This document shows positions 28,830-42,652 of a stretch of DNA of 64,000 nt, in pieces. The stretch covers positions 8,928,001-8,992,000 of the forward strand of contig OX597843.1 of the NCBI GenBank assembly GCA_951406725.2. The letters are read 5' to 3'. The position numbers and the translations under genes were made by a program. How positions within the stretch are numbered: position 1 is the first letter of the stretch; the number at the start of each line of letters is the position of its first letter. The notes under the pieces are model-generated. The model was not told the origin of the DNA, did no database searches, and saw only the letters and a program-made list of their open reading frames with translations. This stretch comes from Octopus vulgaris (lineage: Eukaryota).

Positions 28830-29034
28830 TCCCGGGTTGAGTCGGGGTTAACCACAGTAAATAAGGTACTCAATACATAGCAGAGTAAATTAATTTATTT
28901 TATAGAAGGAGTTTACAGGACTAGAACTGTTTCATTCAAAAGAAATCATCAGGAATCATCTGGCTTCCTGATGATTTCTTTTGAATGAAACAGTTCTAGT
29001 CCTGTAGAAGCTCCTTCTATAAAATAAATTAAAA

Positions 29035-29091
<57 letters not shown>

Positions 29092-29238
29092 TCCTTGTTT
29101 TTTCTGTGTCCCTTTCTGTAGAAGAGCGTACGCTCGAAACGTAAAATACTTTTTCTATTCCTGAGCGTTATACTAATACATCTGTTTGTTTTGTACACCA
29201 CCTGTCTTCGTCTTTTGTTTTTTTCGTAAACTCTCCCT
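28435..29238 (+). mobile_element. Three direct copies of a ~150-bp hammerhead-bearing unit (28435-28567, 28630-28780, 29088-29238) separated by (TA)n
   Basis: Each has CTTT-CTGTAGA-A-GAGC-N4-G(C/T)TC-like stem-GAA-ACGT-A-AAA(G/T), at 28441-28476, 28654-28689 and 29112-29147. Confidence 0.75.
28890..29032. mobile_element. Inverted-repeat element (~66-bp arms, 9-nt spacer) with a hammerhead core in each arm
   Basis: 28890-28955 vs 28965-29032. CTGATGA-TTTC-TTTT-GAAT-GAAACAGTT at 28968-28995; stem I is not evident. Confidence 0.65.
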
Positions 29239-29579
29239 ATATATAAACATATACAAGAGGCTATGTGCATATACATTCATACATGCTCAGGTATTCCTAT
29301 ATGGATGGATGGATGGATGGATGGAAGGATGGATGGATGGGATTTCGCATAAGAATCTGTGTTATACAACAATAGAAATATTCCTGCTTCGTGCTGTACA
29401 CCATTATCGACTCATATTTATGTATGTATTTATATATGTATCTATGTATGTATAAGTATATATGAAGTTATACACAGTTAGACATGCATGGATGTATTTA
29501 TTAAAAAGTTACTAGTCTATATATGTATACATATACATACATATATATATATATACATATATACATATATATATATTTA

Positions 29580-29642
<63 letters not shown>

Positions 29643-29796
29643 TAGAATATATCTATATATACTAGTATATACATGTATATAGATAGATTGATAGATAAAT
29701 AGATAGATATATATCTAGGTGAATAAATGCGCATCTATGTTAATCTTCTATAGAACATTACACATCAATACACTACTACTATGCATACACACACAC

Positions 29797-29836
<40 letters not shown>

Positions 29837-30087
29837 CTGCGCATATGTGTGTGTGCGTGTGTGTGTATATGTATGAACACCAATATATACATTCATATAT
29901 ATATAAATGTATATATATAAATATATAAAAATATATATATATATACATTATATATATTTATATACCATATTTATATATATATATATGTATATATATATAC
30001 ACTATATATATATATATAATAAATAATATATAAACATATGCATATATATATATATATATCATATAATATAAATAATATATAAACATA

Positions 30088-30136
<49 letters not shown>

Positions 30137-30566
30137 ACTTACATGCAACTTTCCGAGAAGCGCAAATTCTCCTCTCTCTTCCATTTCTCCTCTTCCATCA
30201 ATAACTATCAATACTACCACCACCACTACCACCACCACCACCGCCGCCACCACCTTATCTCACTCTCTCACTCTCCCTCTCCCTCCTCCTCCACACCGCC
30301 TTCCCCTCATTTCTCTCCACTCTCACCACTTTGTACATTTTGACGGACAGCAATTATCGGTGAGGTGAACAGATGGCGCTTATCCAAATAGTTGTCCGTA
30401 GTTCTTGAAGAAATTATAACCTTAAATAGACATTCCCCAGACCCACATAACATTACATCCAACACAACATAATTCTCTTCTAGTTCACCATGTCACAGGT
30501 TCATATCCGCTGCAGGCATTTCACCGTATTCATTTATTTATTTATCCATTTATATAAAAGAGCGCG

Positions 30567-30597
<31 letters not shown>

Positions 30598-30679
30598 TTC
30601 TATGTGTGTATCTGTTTGCATTTGTGTCTACGCATGATGGCATGCATGTATTTTTGTATATATATATGTGTGTGTGTGT

Positions 30680-31437
30680 AAGATTGACATAATACCTATT
30701 TCTTTACTACCCACAAGGGGCTAAACACAGAGGGGACAAACAAGGACAGACAAAGGGATTAAGTCGATTACATCGACCCCAGTGCGTAACTGGTACTTAA
30801 TTTATCGACCCCGAAAGGATGAAAGGCAAAGTCGACCTCGGCGGAATTTGAACTCAGAACGTAATGGCAGACGAAATACGGCTACGCATTTCGCCCGGCG
30901 CGCTAACATTTCTGCCAGCTCGCCGCCTAACATAATACCTGTTGTCATAGGTGCCCTAGGTATGATAGCAAAAGGGGCTGATTCCTACCTAGCTCTGATA
31001 CCAGGAAACCCCAAAATGGCAGAAATTCAAAAAATAGTGCTCATAGGAACTGCCTATATCCTACGTAAAATACTGTCTAGAACCTCAAGACTAACCTAAT
31101 ACCTGTTGTCATAGGTGCCCTAGGTATGATAGCAAAAGGGGCTGATTCCAACCTAGCTCTGATACCAGGACTCCAAAATGGCAGAAATTCAAAAGATAGT
31201 GCTCATGGGAACTGCGCATATCCTACGCAATATACTGTCTATTAAATCTCAAGTTTTAAAACAAACATAATTTTCTTATGATTTCTTAAACATTCTCTAG
31301 AACAATACTATGGATAAAACCAAATATATGGCACCCTAGGCATAACACAAACAGGAACTTCTAACTTGTTGTCTGTTGAGGTCTCCGGGTGAGACTTGGA
31401 GCCAACTTCTACAAATACAAAGTAAAAGTCAAATATA
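30680..31437 (+). mobile_element. R4/Dong-type retrotransposon 3' end with tandemly duplicated ORF tail and nested SINE B
   Basis: IIPVVIGALGMIAKGADSYLALIPGNPKMAEIQKIVLIGTAYILRKILS at 30934-31079, repeated at 31097-31243; the 3'UTR runs into (TAA)n at 31438-31635. Confidence 0.82.
30697..30928 (-). mobile_element. SINE family B, full length, with TSD
   Basis: ACATAATACCT at 30687-30697 and 30930-30940. Confidence 0.92.
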
Positions 31438-31484
31438 TAATAATAATAAAATTAATAATAATAATAATAATAATATTAATAATG

Positions 31485-31636
<152 letters not shown>

Positions 31637-32253
31637 GGTCACCAATTTCGGGGTCGTGGGTAAGTCGCTTATTTTTCGACTCCGAATAGATGAAAAGCAA
31701 CCTTGAACTCGGCGGGATTTAAACTCAGAACTTAATGATACACAAAATGCTGTTTCTACTACTACTGCTGCTACTGCTGCTGTCGCTACTACTACTACTA
31801 CTACTGCTACTAATACTATTGCTACATTTATTGTTATTTGGTGTAATTGTTATTTTTCTTCAAAAGTTCATTTGAAGTTTAGGTGCAGTTTAAGGTGAGT
31901 GCATGTATATAAATGAGTGTATATACGAAAATATATACATACATGCATTAAAACACACACACACACACACACATATGTGTGTGTGTATATATACATATAG
32001 ATAGATACCACATAGGTAGATAGATAGATAGATAAAGAGAGAAAGATCTACATGTCTGTATACATTTGCACCTAACTATATAATACCACATATACACAAA
32101 CATATGTATATATATATATATGTGTGTGTGTGTTTACATGTACATAATATACGTGTGTGTGTGTGTATGTTTATATATGTGTTTATGCACGTGTATACAC
32201 ACACACACACATACATATATATGTATACACACACGCATATATATATATATATG

Positions 32254-32284
<31 letters not shown>

Positions 32285-32599
32285 GTATGTATGTGTGTAT
32301 GTATACATATATGCACACATACACAAATTTATTTGTATGCATGTTATACACATGCATATATATAAAGACATACAGACACACCTACACACACACACACATT
32401 TCTACACACACATTTCTACACACATGCATACTATTTATATATACCCAGGGAAAGAGAGAGACAAGTAGAGAAAGAATCGGAGACAGCGATATGAAGAATA
32501 AAATTCAAAACAATTTAATTAACAGACGACACCGTAAAACTTAATGAAAGAAAATATAATTTTTCAAAAAATCTTTTTTTCATATCATTATTATTATTA

Positions 32600-32649
<50 letters not shown>

Positions 32650-32823
32650 GCTTTTCAAATTAGATATAAAATAAAAGAATGAAACAATCACGTCACAGCA
32701 ACATCAGCCTCAACACAGGATGTCAATTACTGAACGCTCATATCAAAAAAAAATTTTGAAAGTCGGCCATTTTGAAATATATGAAACATGAGTGTATGTA
32801 CGCATAAATACATAGATACAAAC

Positions 32824-32868
<45 letters not shown>

Positions 32869-32884
32869 TAAATATATATGTGTG

Positions 32885-32943
<59 letters not shown>

Positions 32944-33196
32944 GTAAGTGTGGTGGGTATTTATGTATGTATAATTGATACCTATTACAAATTGAACTTC
33001 ATTAAAACTATCCTTTGCGGCGTGTATAAGTGGCCAACCTAGGTTCACAACAACTGTGAAAGCTTCGTAAACATGCTGTATATCTCGATAGATTGATAGA
33101 TGAATGTATATTTTTTTAGATATACATTATATAGCACAGACACACAAACACTCTATCTTTCACTCTCTCTCTCTCTCTCTATCCATCTCTCTCTGC

Positions 33197-33254
<58 letters not shown>

Positions 33255-33255
<1 letters not shown>

Positions 33256-33669
33256 CTCTTTACTCTTTACTCTGTTACTTGTTTCAGTCATTTGACTGCG
33301 GCCATGCTGGAGCACCGTCTTTAATCGAGCAACTCGACCCCGGAATTTATTCTTTTGGAAGCCCAGTACTTATTCTATCGGTCTCTTTTGCCGAACCGCT
33401 AAGTGACGGGGACATAAACACAGCAGCATCGGTTGTCAAACAATGCTATGGGGACAAACACAGACACACAAACATACACACGCACATATATATATATATA
33501 CATAAATACGTCGGGCTTCTTTCAGTTTCCGTCCACCAAATCCACTCACAAGGCTTTGGTCGGCCCGAGGGTATAGTAGAAGACACTTGCCCAAGGTGCC
33601 ACGCAGTGGGACTGAACCCGGAACCATGTGGTTGGTAAGCAAGCTGCTTATCACACAGCTACTCCTGCG

Positions 33670-33672
<3 letters not shown>
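33255..33672 (-). mobile_element. SINE family A, full length
   Basis: Homologous to the other copies. Confidence 0.92.
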
Positions 33673-33710
<38 letters not shown>

Positions 33711-33755
33711 AAACCAGTCAAGATAGAAAATGCTAAAATAATTTTATAAAGAACA

Positions 33756-33799
33756 TTTCAGTACCGGTTTCGGTCATTTTGAGACCTTTTCAACTGTAA
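33756..33799 (-). ncRNA. Minimal type I hammerhead ribozyme, U3:A8 variant
   Basis: Minus strand: TTACAG-TTGAAAA-GGTC-TCAAAAT-GACC-GAA-ACCGGT-A-CTGAAA, with stem II GGTC/GACC, palindromic ACCGGT and a GUA site. Confidence 0.7.
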
Positions 33800-34554
33800 C
33801 GATTAAATAATTAAATTTAGAAAAATTAAAAGAAATGTTTTTTAAAGGAATATTTGTATAGTGTTCAAAAACAAGTGGCATTTTCCTTGTTTCTGCCTTT
33901 CTCTGTCTCTCTTGTTCACACTTGTGGGTTCGAGGTCGTTGTGAATTCTTGGTATATATATGTATGTATGTATGTATATATGTATGTGTATATATGTATT
34001 TGTTAATTTAATTTAATTTAGTTTAATTTAAGTTTAATTAAGCTTAATTAAGTTTAATTTAATTTAATTAGGCTGGTATGCCATTAAAAACATTGAAACA
34101 ATGCATTGTCTAAAGATGAATAGGGTAAATGTTTTTTAATTTTCCTTTGATTTCTGAATTACTATTACTTGGCGGTTTGAGTCCTGGCTGCTCTTTCTAG
34201 TGGGTCGAATGGCCTATTTGAGGCCGTTCCTCAATTATTGTTGAATATATATGTATATGCATATATTTATAAATATATATATATATGTACATTTGTATAT
34301 TTATATTCATATATCAGCTTATACATTTTCATATATGTAGATATACATCTGTGTATATGTATATATATATGTGTGATTGTATGTGTGTGTGTGTGTGCTT
34401 GTGTATAACTTAAGACGATCACTAAGTTGTCATTATAGTACTCGGAGTTTCGTATATCGTAGCGAAGAGGACGTGTGCATTTCAATGTTATTTTTCAGTT
34501 TCTGTTAAAAAGTCTTAAAGGACTTAAAGGAATTTAGTTTTCTTTATAAAGGTA

Positions 34555-34897
34555 AGGTAAAGACCCCCTTCGGTCATGAATGACCATGGGATTGCACCTA
34601 GAAAGTTACCCTCCTAGACACAAGTCCGGGCAATGTTGTTTATGGAAGGCCAGCAGTCGCCCATGCATACCAGCCTCCCCTCTCCCCACCACCAGTGTTA
34701 TCCAAGGGAAAGGCAAAGGGGCCGATACAGCTTGGCACCAGTGACGTCGCAACTCCTTTCTACAGCTGAGTGAACTGAAGCAACGTGAAATAAAGTGCTT
34801 TGCTCAAGAACACAACACGCAGCCCGGTCCGGGATTCGAGCTCACAACCTCACGATCGTAAGCTCGACGCTCTAACCACTGAGCCATGCGCCTTCAC
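34555..34897 (-). mobile_element. SINE family C, full length
   Basis: Reverse complement of 4887-5212, with a (TTACC) tail. Confidence 0.92.
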
Positions 34898-35042
34898 AAG
34901 TTTTCTTTATAAGCCTCAGTAAATCTGTTTCGAAGTCTTGAAAGTCCTTTATTTTGGGAGGGAATTTCTTTGATTTAATTTCATATATATTCTCTGTGAT
35001 TGACTCCATCTCATATGTTTAATAAGATCCGTAATTTTCTGG

Positions 35043-35707
35043 AGTGGTTGCGATGATGATGGTGGTGGTGGTGGTGGTGGTGATGGTGGTGGTGGTGGTG
35101 GTGGTGGTGGTGGTGGTGGTGGTGGTGGTGGTGGTAGTGGTGGTGGTGGTGGTGGTGGTGGTGGTGGTGGTGGTGGTGGTGATGGTAGAAAATCGAGGTG
35201 GCGACGATGGTGACGGTGATGGTGGTTGTGTTGGGGTGGGGTGGGGTTGGTTAATGGTGGTGGTGACGATCGTGGTGGTTGTACTGGTGGAAATGATAGT
35301 GGACTTAGTGGTGGCGATGGTAGAGGCGGAGATGGTGATGATAGCGATCGAGGTTGTGGGGGGATCGATGGTAAGGGTGGGTTGGAGTGGGAGTGGTTGC
35401 GATGGTGGTGGTGGTGGTGCTGCTGCTGCTGCTGGTGCTGGTGGTTGCGATGGTGGTGGTGCTGGTGGTGGTTGCGATGGTGGTGGTTGCGATGGTGGTG
35501 GTAGTGATGGTGGTGGTAGTGGTGGTGGTGGTGGTGGTGCTGGTGCTGGTGGTAGTGGTGGTGCTGGTGGTGGTGGTTGCGATGGTGGTGGTAGTGGTGG
35601 TGGTGGTTGCGATGGTGGTAGTGGTGATGGTGGTAGTGGTGCTGGTGCTGGTGCTGGTGCTGGTAGTGGTGGTTGCGATGGTGGCGGTGGTGGTGGTGGT
35701 GGTGGTG
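35043..35707. repeat. (GGT)n-rich low-complexity tract
   Basis: Direct reading. Confidence 0.95.
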
Positions 35708-35897
35708 TACACCTTTCACCCTGTCACAGCTTCGACGTGCTAAGAGAGCAAGTTGCTTTCAGAGATGCTATTAATCATCACGTGTGTGGAGATGCGGGAC
35801 GCGAGATCGAATTACAACTGGGTCGCGATGACAAGTGACTTTCAAAGATACAACCATAACTCTAAATGTGTGTGCGCCACTCTTTCGCTCTCTATGC

Positions 35898-35938
<41 letters not shown>

Positions 35939-36233
35939 TGTGTGTGTGCATTTTAGACGGCAGAAATTACAGATTTTCTTTATTTCATTCTTTCATTTGA
36001 TTCCTTCATTTGACTACGGCCATGCTGGAGCAACGCCTAGAAGTGTTTATATCGAACAATTCTGCCCGAGGCTTTAGTTAAAGACAAAGTCGACCTCGGC
36101 GGAATTTGAACTCGGAACGTAAGGACAGACGAAATACGGCTACGCATTTCGCCCAGTGTGCTAACGTTTCGGCCAGCTCGCCACCTTCTTTCAGTATGTC
36201 AACCACGCACAAGGCTTTGACCAACCTCTATAT

Positions 36234-36452
36234 CAGTGCTTTTCAACCTTTTTGCAGGAGCAGGACCCCAAGGAAACATTCCACTGGCTCGAGGAACCCC
36301 TGTGCAATGATTTAATAGTCTTATGCACACATATCTGCACAGGAGACTTAAAAATTACTGCCGATTTTAGCAGTTTTGTAACTTCTTGCGGAACCCCTGC
36401 ACTGTACTGGCGGAACCCTAAGGTTCCGCGGAACCTTGGTTGAAAACCACTG
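36234..36452. mobile_element. hAT (Charlie-like) MITE
   Basis: TIRs CAGTGCTTTTCAACC / GGTTGAAAACCACTG (14/15 match), 8-bp TSD CTCTATAT at 36226-36233 and 36453-36460, internal GGAACC repeats. Confidence 0.93.
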
Positions 36453-36489
36453 CTCTATATACATATAAATATATATATATATATATATA

Positions 36490-36815
36490 GTGGAGCACTC
36501 CGTCGGTTGCGACGACGAGGGTCCCAGCTGATACGATCAACGGAACAGCTTGCTCGTGAAAATTAACGTGCAAGTGACTGAGCACTCCACAGACACGTGT
36601 ACCCATAACGTTTTTGTTCTCAGGGAGATTAAGCATGATACAGAATGTGGCAAGGCTGACCCTTTGAAATACAGGTACTACTCAGTTTTGCCAGCTGAGT
36701 GGACTGGAGCAACGTGAAATAAAGTGTCTTGCTCAAAGACACAACGCGCCGTCGGGAATTGAACTCACGTCCTTACGATCATGAGCCGAATGCCCTAACC
36801 ACTAAGCCACGTGCC
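36490..36815 (-). mobile_element. SINE sharing the family C head and core but with a different 3' part
   Basis: Shares CAGCTGAGTGGACTGGAGCAACGTGAAATAAAGTG...CACAACGC with 34760-34820; the tail is unrelated. Confidence 0.85.
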
Positions 36816-36858
36816 ATATATGTATGGAGTTTAACGCAGGTATAAATCAATACGTTTA

Positions 36859-36943
36859 CTTCCGACACATGTTTCGAAGATTTCACTGATATTATTCAAA
36901 ATAATAAATGGTATAAAACAATGCAATCTTCTCTTCAGGGAAG
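36859..36943 (-). ncRNA. Type I hammerhead ribozyme, fully canonical core, long stem II
   Basis: Minus strand: CTTCC-CTGAAGA-GAAGATT-(42 nt)-AATCTTC-GAA-AC-ATGT-GT-C-GGAAG, with 5-bp stem I, 7-bp stem II and a GUC site. Confidence 0.82.
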
Positions 36944-37103
36944 AGAAAAGGCAAAACTCGTCAATAAGACATTTTAACAGAAAATGATGGACACAAGTTC
37001 GTGTGTTACATAGCTAGCTATAGGCGATGGCCTCTTGGAGCTAATCAACGGCAGAATTCGTCCTATTTTTCTTGACTTCCATATTAGCTTGGTGAAAACT
37101 ATT

Positions 37104-37174
<71 letters not shown>

Positions 37175-37175
37175 G

Positions 37176-37307
<132 letters not shown>

Positions 37308-37315
37308 CAGATAAG

Positions 37316-37347
<32 letters not shown>

Positions 37348-38069
37348 GATATAGATATATACACTCAGATAAATATGTGTGCGTGTATGTGTGCGTGTGT
37401 ATATGTATGCTTACGTTATATTATACACAGGAATATATGTGTGTATTTTGATAAGTACAGTCACCGACACACACGCACGCATATGTATATGCACACACAG
37501 ACACATACACATACACACACACACAGATCCATTAAAAGCAATGATAGTCGATAACAACAAAAGGTAGATTTATGAAAAATAAAGAGACACACAGACACAC
37601 ACACACGCACACACACTCACACACATTCACACACAAACACAAATGAAAAGAACACACGTACGCACACACATTTTAAACACAAAATACTGAGCATGAACGT
37701 GTAAAACGATACCAAAATAAGGGATGAAACAATAGCAACATTTTACGATGATTCTTGGATATCTGACTCTTGTATGATGTATGAGGTCTGCGAGGGAGGT
37801 GGGTGTCGGACGAAGTGGAAAGGGTAGTGGATACAGTGCTTACATTTAGGAGTTCGAGCTCGGGTTCCGGCACGCCCCCAACCTTACAGCCTTAACCCAC
37901 CCTTCTCCTATTTTGTTTTGTTTTGTTTTGTTTGTTTTTTTGGCTACGTCATCCACCCGCCCACCCGGTATTACATTTGTACAGAGTTACGACTACAGCT
38001 TTACACTTCCGTCACTGAAAACATCAGCGCCACCATCGCCACCACACAACGATATGCAAACACCTGTAC

Positions 38070-38104
<35 letters not shown>

Positions 38105-38122
38105 ACAATAGATATAATGTTA

Positions 38123-38176
<54 letters not shown>

Positions 38177-38303
38177 CATATATATATACATATATGTATG
38201 TATGTATGTATGTATATATATATATGTATATATATATATGTATGTATGTGTGTATATATATATGTATATATATATATATGTATATATACATATGTATATA
38301 TAC

Positions 38304-38353
<50 letters not shown>

Positions 38354-38355
<2 letters not shown>

Positions 38356-38500
38356 GACGGGCTTCTTTCGGTTTCCGTCCACCAAATCCACTCACAAGGC
38401 ATTGGTCGGCTCGGGGCTATAGCAGAAGACACTTGCCCAAGGTGCCACGCAGTGGGACTGAACCCGGAACCATGTGGTTCGTTAGCAAGCTACTTACCAC
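38354..38500 (-). mobile_element. SINE family A, 5' half
   Basis: Homologous; ends at the internal (TA)n. Confidence 0.85.
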
Positions 38501-39175
38501 ACAACACACACACATATATATATATATATATGTATATACATGCCTTTTTGCCATTCAAAATTACGCAAAAACACACAACATAGACACACCATACACACAC
38601 CGTACACACGCCATACACACACCATACACACTCACATACACAAATGCATACACACACACGCACTAACCTGTGCTGGGAAGTGATTCATGCTAAGAATCTA
38701 AGTTACACACGTGCAGACTAGTAAAACAATCATCCACACATCTACACACACACACACACATCTACACACGCACACACACACACACACACACATACACACA
38801 CACTAATACACACACAGACACACACACACACACACACATACACACGTACGACTGAGAACGGCCCGTGCAGTGTAGGGGTCGTTCATGTATTGACACGTGT
38901 GTCCCTTAATGGTCCTTTGGTTCACTCTGATTTAAGGGATACGCATCGATTCAGACACACGGACACAAAAAGGGTTTTGCACGTATATCTATGAATGCGT
39001 CTCACTCCCTCTCTCTCTCTCTCTCTCCCTCTTTCTTTATCTATCTTTATCTCCCTCCCTCACTCTCTCCCTCTCTCGGTGTCTCTCTCTCACTCTCTCT
39101 CTCTGTATATATATATATATATATATACATATATATGCATATATATACATATACATGTATATATATATATATATA

Positions 39176-39230
<55 letters not shown>

Positions 39231-39251
39231 ATGTATATATATGCATATATA

Positions 39252-39293
<42 letters not shown>

Positions 39294-39313
39294 TATGTAT
39301 ATCTATGCATATA

Positions 39314-39369
<56 letters not shown>

Positions 39370-39813
39370 TATATATATACATGTTTATGTATATATATGC
39401 ATATATATATGTATATATACACATAGATATAGATAAAGATATAGATATATAGAGATCTAAATACAATAGATATAATGTTATATATATATATGTATATATA
39501 TGTATATATGTATATATATACTTTACTGTAATTAAACTATGAAAATATAAGCTCTCCCTTTTTTTATCTCTCCCGGTCTCTCTCTCTCTCTCTCTATTTA
39601 TTTATATCTGTGTGTGTGTATACATATATATACATATACAGACACACTCAAAGGCAGAGATAGACGGATAGACAGATAGACAGATAGAGAGAGAGGGGGA
39701 GAGAGGGAGAGAGAGAATGTGAGAGAGTGAGCACACGTCTATAAGATAATTACAGCAGATAATATATGCATATGTATAAACACATAGCTATATAACTAGT
39801 ATAAACATATATG

Positions 39814-39863
<50 letters not shown>

Positions 39864-40084
39864 TGTGTCCATGTGCGTGTGTTTCTGTTTATAAATGTCT
39901 ACCAATAAAGTCCGAACAGGTGCATCTCCTCATAAGCAGTCATTGATTCGCGCCCACGTGTCTGTCTCCGCTTCCACCCGGCCGTCTACCCATATAGCCT
40001 TAAGTACATATGTGTATGTGTGCAGCTCCCTCTATCTGCATGTTTGTGTTGCTAACACTTACGCATACATGATCGAAATCATTC

Positions 40085-40173
<89 letters not shown>

Positions 40174-40267
40174 GATGTTATTGTCTGAGGAGATTCATTC
40201 CGTTTTAATGCCTTATTATTTAACACACGCACCGATTCGATTTCCACTCATTTACTTATTCATTTTT

Positions 40268-40304
40268 CTAAAATTTTCGTTGAGTCTTCCAACCTTTTCA
40301 GTAG
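40268..40304 (-). ncRNA. Hammerhead-like motif (C3/A8 mismatch)
   Basis: Minus strand: CTA-CTGAAAA-G-GTTG-GAAGACT-CAAC-GAA-AATT-T-TAG. Confidence 0.5.
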
Positions 40305-40329
40305 TCATATATATATGTAAGTGTGTGTA

Positions 40330-40367
<38 letters not shown>

Positions 40368-40372
<5 letters not shown>

Positions 40373-40522
40373 AAAAAAGCAACAAGAATGGATTAAAATA
40401 TCGGTACAATTGTTTCGTACGAGGACATCTTTAATAAGCTACAAAAAATGCAGTATTAAAGATGTCCTCGTACGAAACAATTGTACCGATATTTTAATCC
40501 ATTCTTGTTGCTTTTTTCCTAT
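40368..40522. mobile_element. Perfect inverted repeat (69-bp arms, 17-nt spacer) with a degenerate hammerhead-like core
   Basis: 40368-40436 is the reverse complement of 40454-40522; contains TTAAAGA-TGTCCTCGTAC-GAA-ACAATTGT-A. Confidence 0.65.
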
Positions 40523-40639
40523 TTGCAATCACCCCACTTGTCGTATGGTTAACACCATATAGATTTCCGGTGCATCCTAGTTAAGGACCATATTCATGTG
40601 AATTCATTAGAACTCACTTGAATCTCAATTACTTAAACC

Positions 40640-40760
<121 letters not shown>

Positions 40761-40849
40761 GGAAAGGAAAAAATAATAAGGCACATTGCTAAATTGAAAG
40801 TAAATTTTAATAATAATGTGTGTATGAAAAATTAAAAAAGAAAAAAGAA

Positions 40850-40888
40850 TTCAAACCGGCTTTCATTGCAAGGCAAATTTTCAAGATT
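40850..40888 (-). ncRNA. Hammerhead-like motif, U3:A8 variant
   Basis: Minus strand: ATC-TTGAAAA-T-TTGC-CTT-GCAA-T-GAA-AGCCGGT-T-TGAA; stem I is weak. Confidence 0.4.
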
Positions 40889-41166
40889 TGGAAAGGGAAA
40901 AAATATTTTTTTTTAATTGAGGAAGGGGAAAAAAGAAATTAACAATGTTTTTTTTCAAAAAAAAGTAAAGATACATATATAAAAATATTAATGAATAAGT
41001 CGAACTCAGAACGTAACGGCAGACGAAATACCGCTAAGCATTTCGCCCGGCGTGCTGACGTTTCCGCCAGCTCGCCGCCTTCTTGTCACATATAAACGCC
41101 TTTATGTATGATAACTTCGCTTATGCAGAGCCATATTAATAACTTGCGAAATCTTAATATACTTGT

Positions 41167-41223
41167 GCTTCAGAGGAAAGTGTTAGGTGCGTGATACTTT
41201 TTGCCGTGGAAACAGCTGTAAGC
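41167..41223 (+). ncRNA. Decayed hammerhead-like motif
   Basis: GCT-T-CAGAGGA-AAGTGTTA-GGTGCG-TGATACTT-TTTGCCGTG-GAA-ACAGCTGT-A-AGC: palindromic stem III, stem II out of register. Confidence 0.35.
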
Positions 41224-41750
41224 TAATGAGAGCGATTGCCATCTTCAGAGACTGAGCATTAGTAATAATGTAATAGTCACTTACGTAAATATAATTATAG
41301 TGTGGTGGTGGGGGGGGGGCACATGTGTATATGGATGGATAGATGCCAGGGTCGAATCTCGTAAAATGCATGCGTGTATATACTATTAATGAAACACTTA
41401 AGGCAGCATATTGCACCGTTTTGATATGTATTTGTATGTAACGATGTATGTAAATATGTGTGTGCATGTATATCTATATATGTGTGTATGTGTGTGCATA
41501 TATTTATATATACACACATATATACACATACATATACACACACGCAGACATATATATATATATAAGTATATACACACTTATGTATTAATGCTTGCAATTA
41601 ATAATAATATATAAATAATACAGACACACATATATATGTGTATATTATGCGTATACATAATGTACGTGTGTGCATATATATATATATATATGTGTGTGTG
41701 TGCATAACATATATAAATATATATATATATATATATACATATACATATCT

Positions 41751-41799
<49 letters not shown>

Positions 41800-42226
41800 C
41801 ATACATACATACATATATACATATATATACATATATATAAATATATAGCAAACACACACACAAATGCATAAGGACCTATACACAGATATATCTATATACC
41901 TCTTTTGTATGTGAGTGTGTGTACGTGTGTGTGTGTATGGTGTTTCCTGTGTGACTATGCACGGAGTGGTGCATGCGCATACGCACCTATCCATGTATAG
42001 GATATGAATGTTACCGGTTTGGCCTGTGCACCAGAAGGAAGAGATGAGAACGGGATGTCCTGAGGACGGATATGGCGGAAGTGACGTAACAACAGGAGAG
42101 CGGACGTTGTTGTTGTTGGGAAGGACAATGTGTGCGTTTGCATGTGTGGGAGTGCGTGTGCCTCTGTGTGTGTGTGTGTGTGTGTGTGTGCAAAATATGT
42201 TTCAAAGAATGCGGAAGAAAGGTACG

Positions 42227-42283
<57 letters not shown>

Positions 42284-42316
42284 ATGTATATACATATATA
42301 TATATATATGTATATA

Positions 42317-42395
<79 letters not shown>

Positions 42396-42406
42396 GTAAA
42401 TATATA

Positions 42407-42467
<61 letters not shown>

Positions 42468-42611
42468 TACGTGTGAAGTGTCGGTACATATGTGTGTGTG
42501 TCTGTGTGTATGCGTGTGTGGGCATACACATATATGTATAATATACGGATATCCATATGCATATAAGCATAATCATACATGTACATATATATAAACACAC
42601 ACACACACACA

Positions 42612-42652
<41 letters not shown>

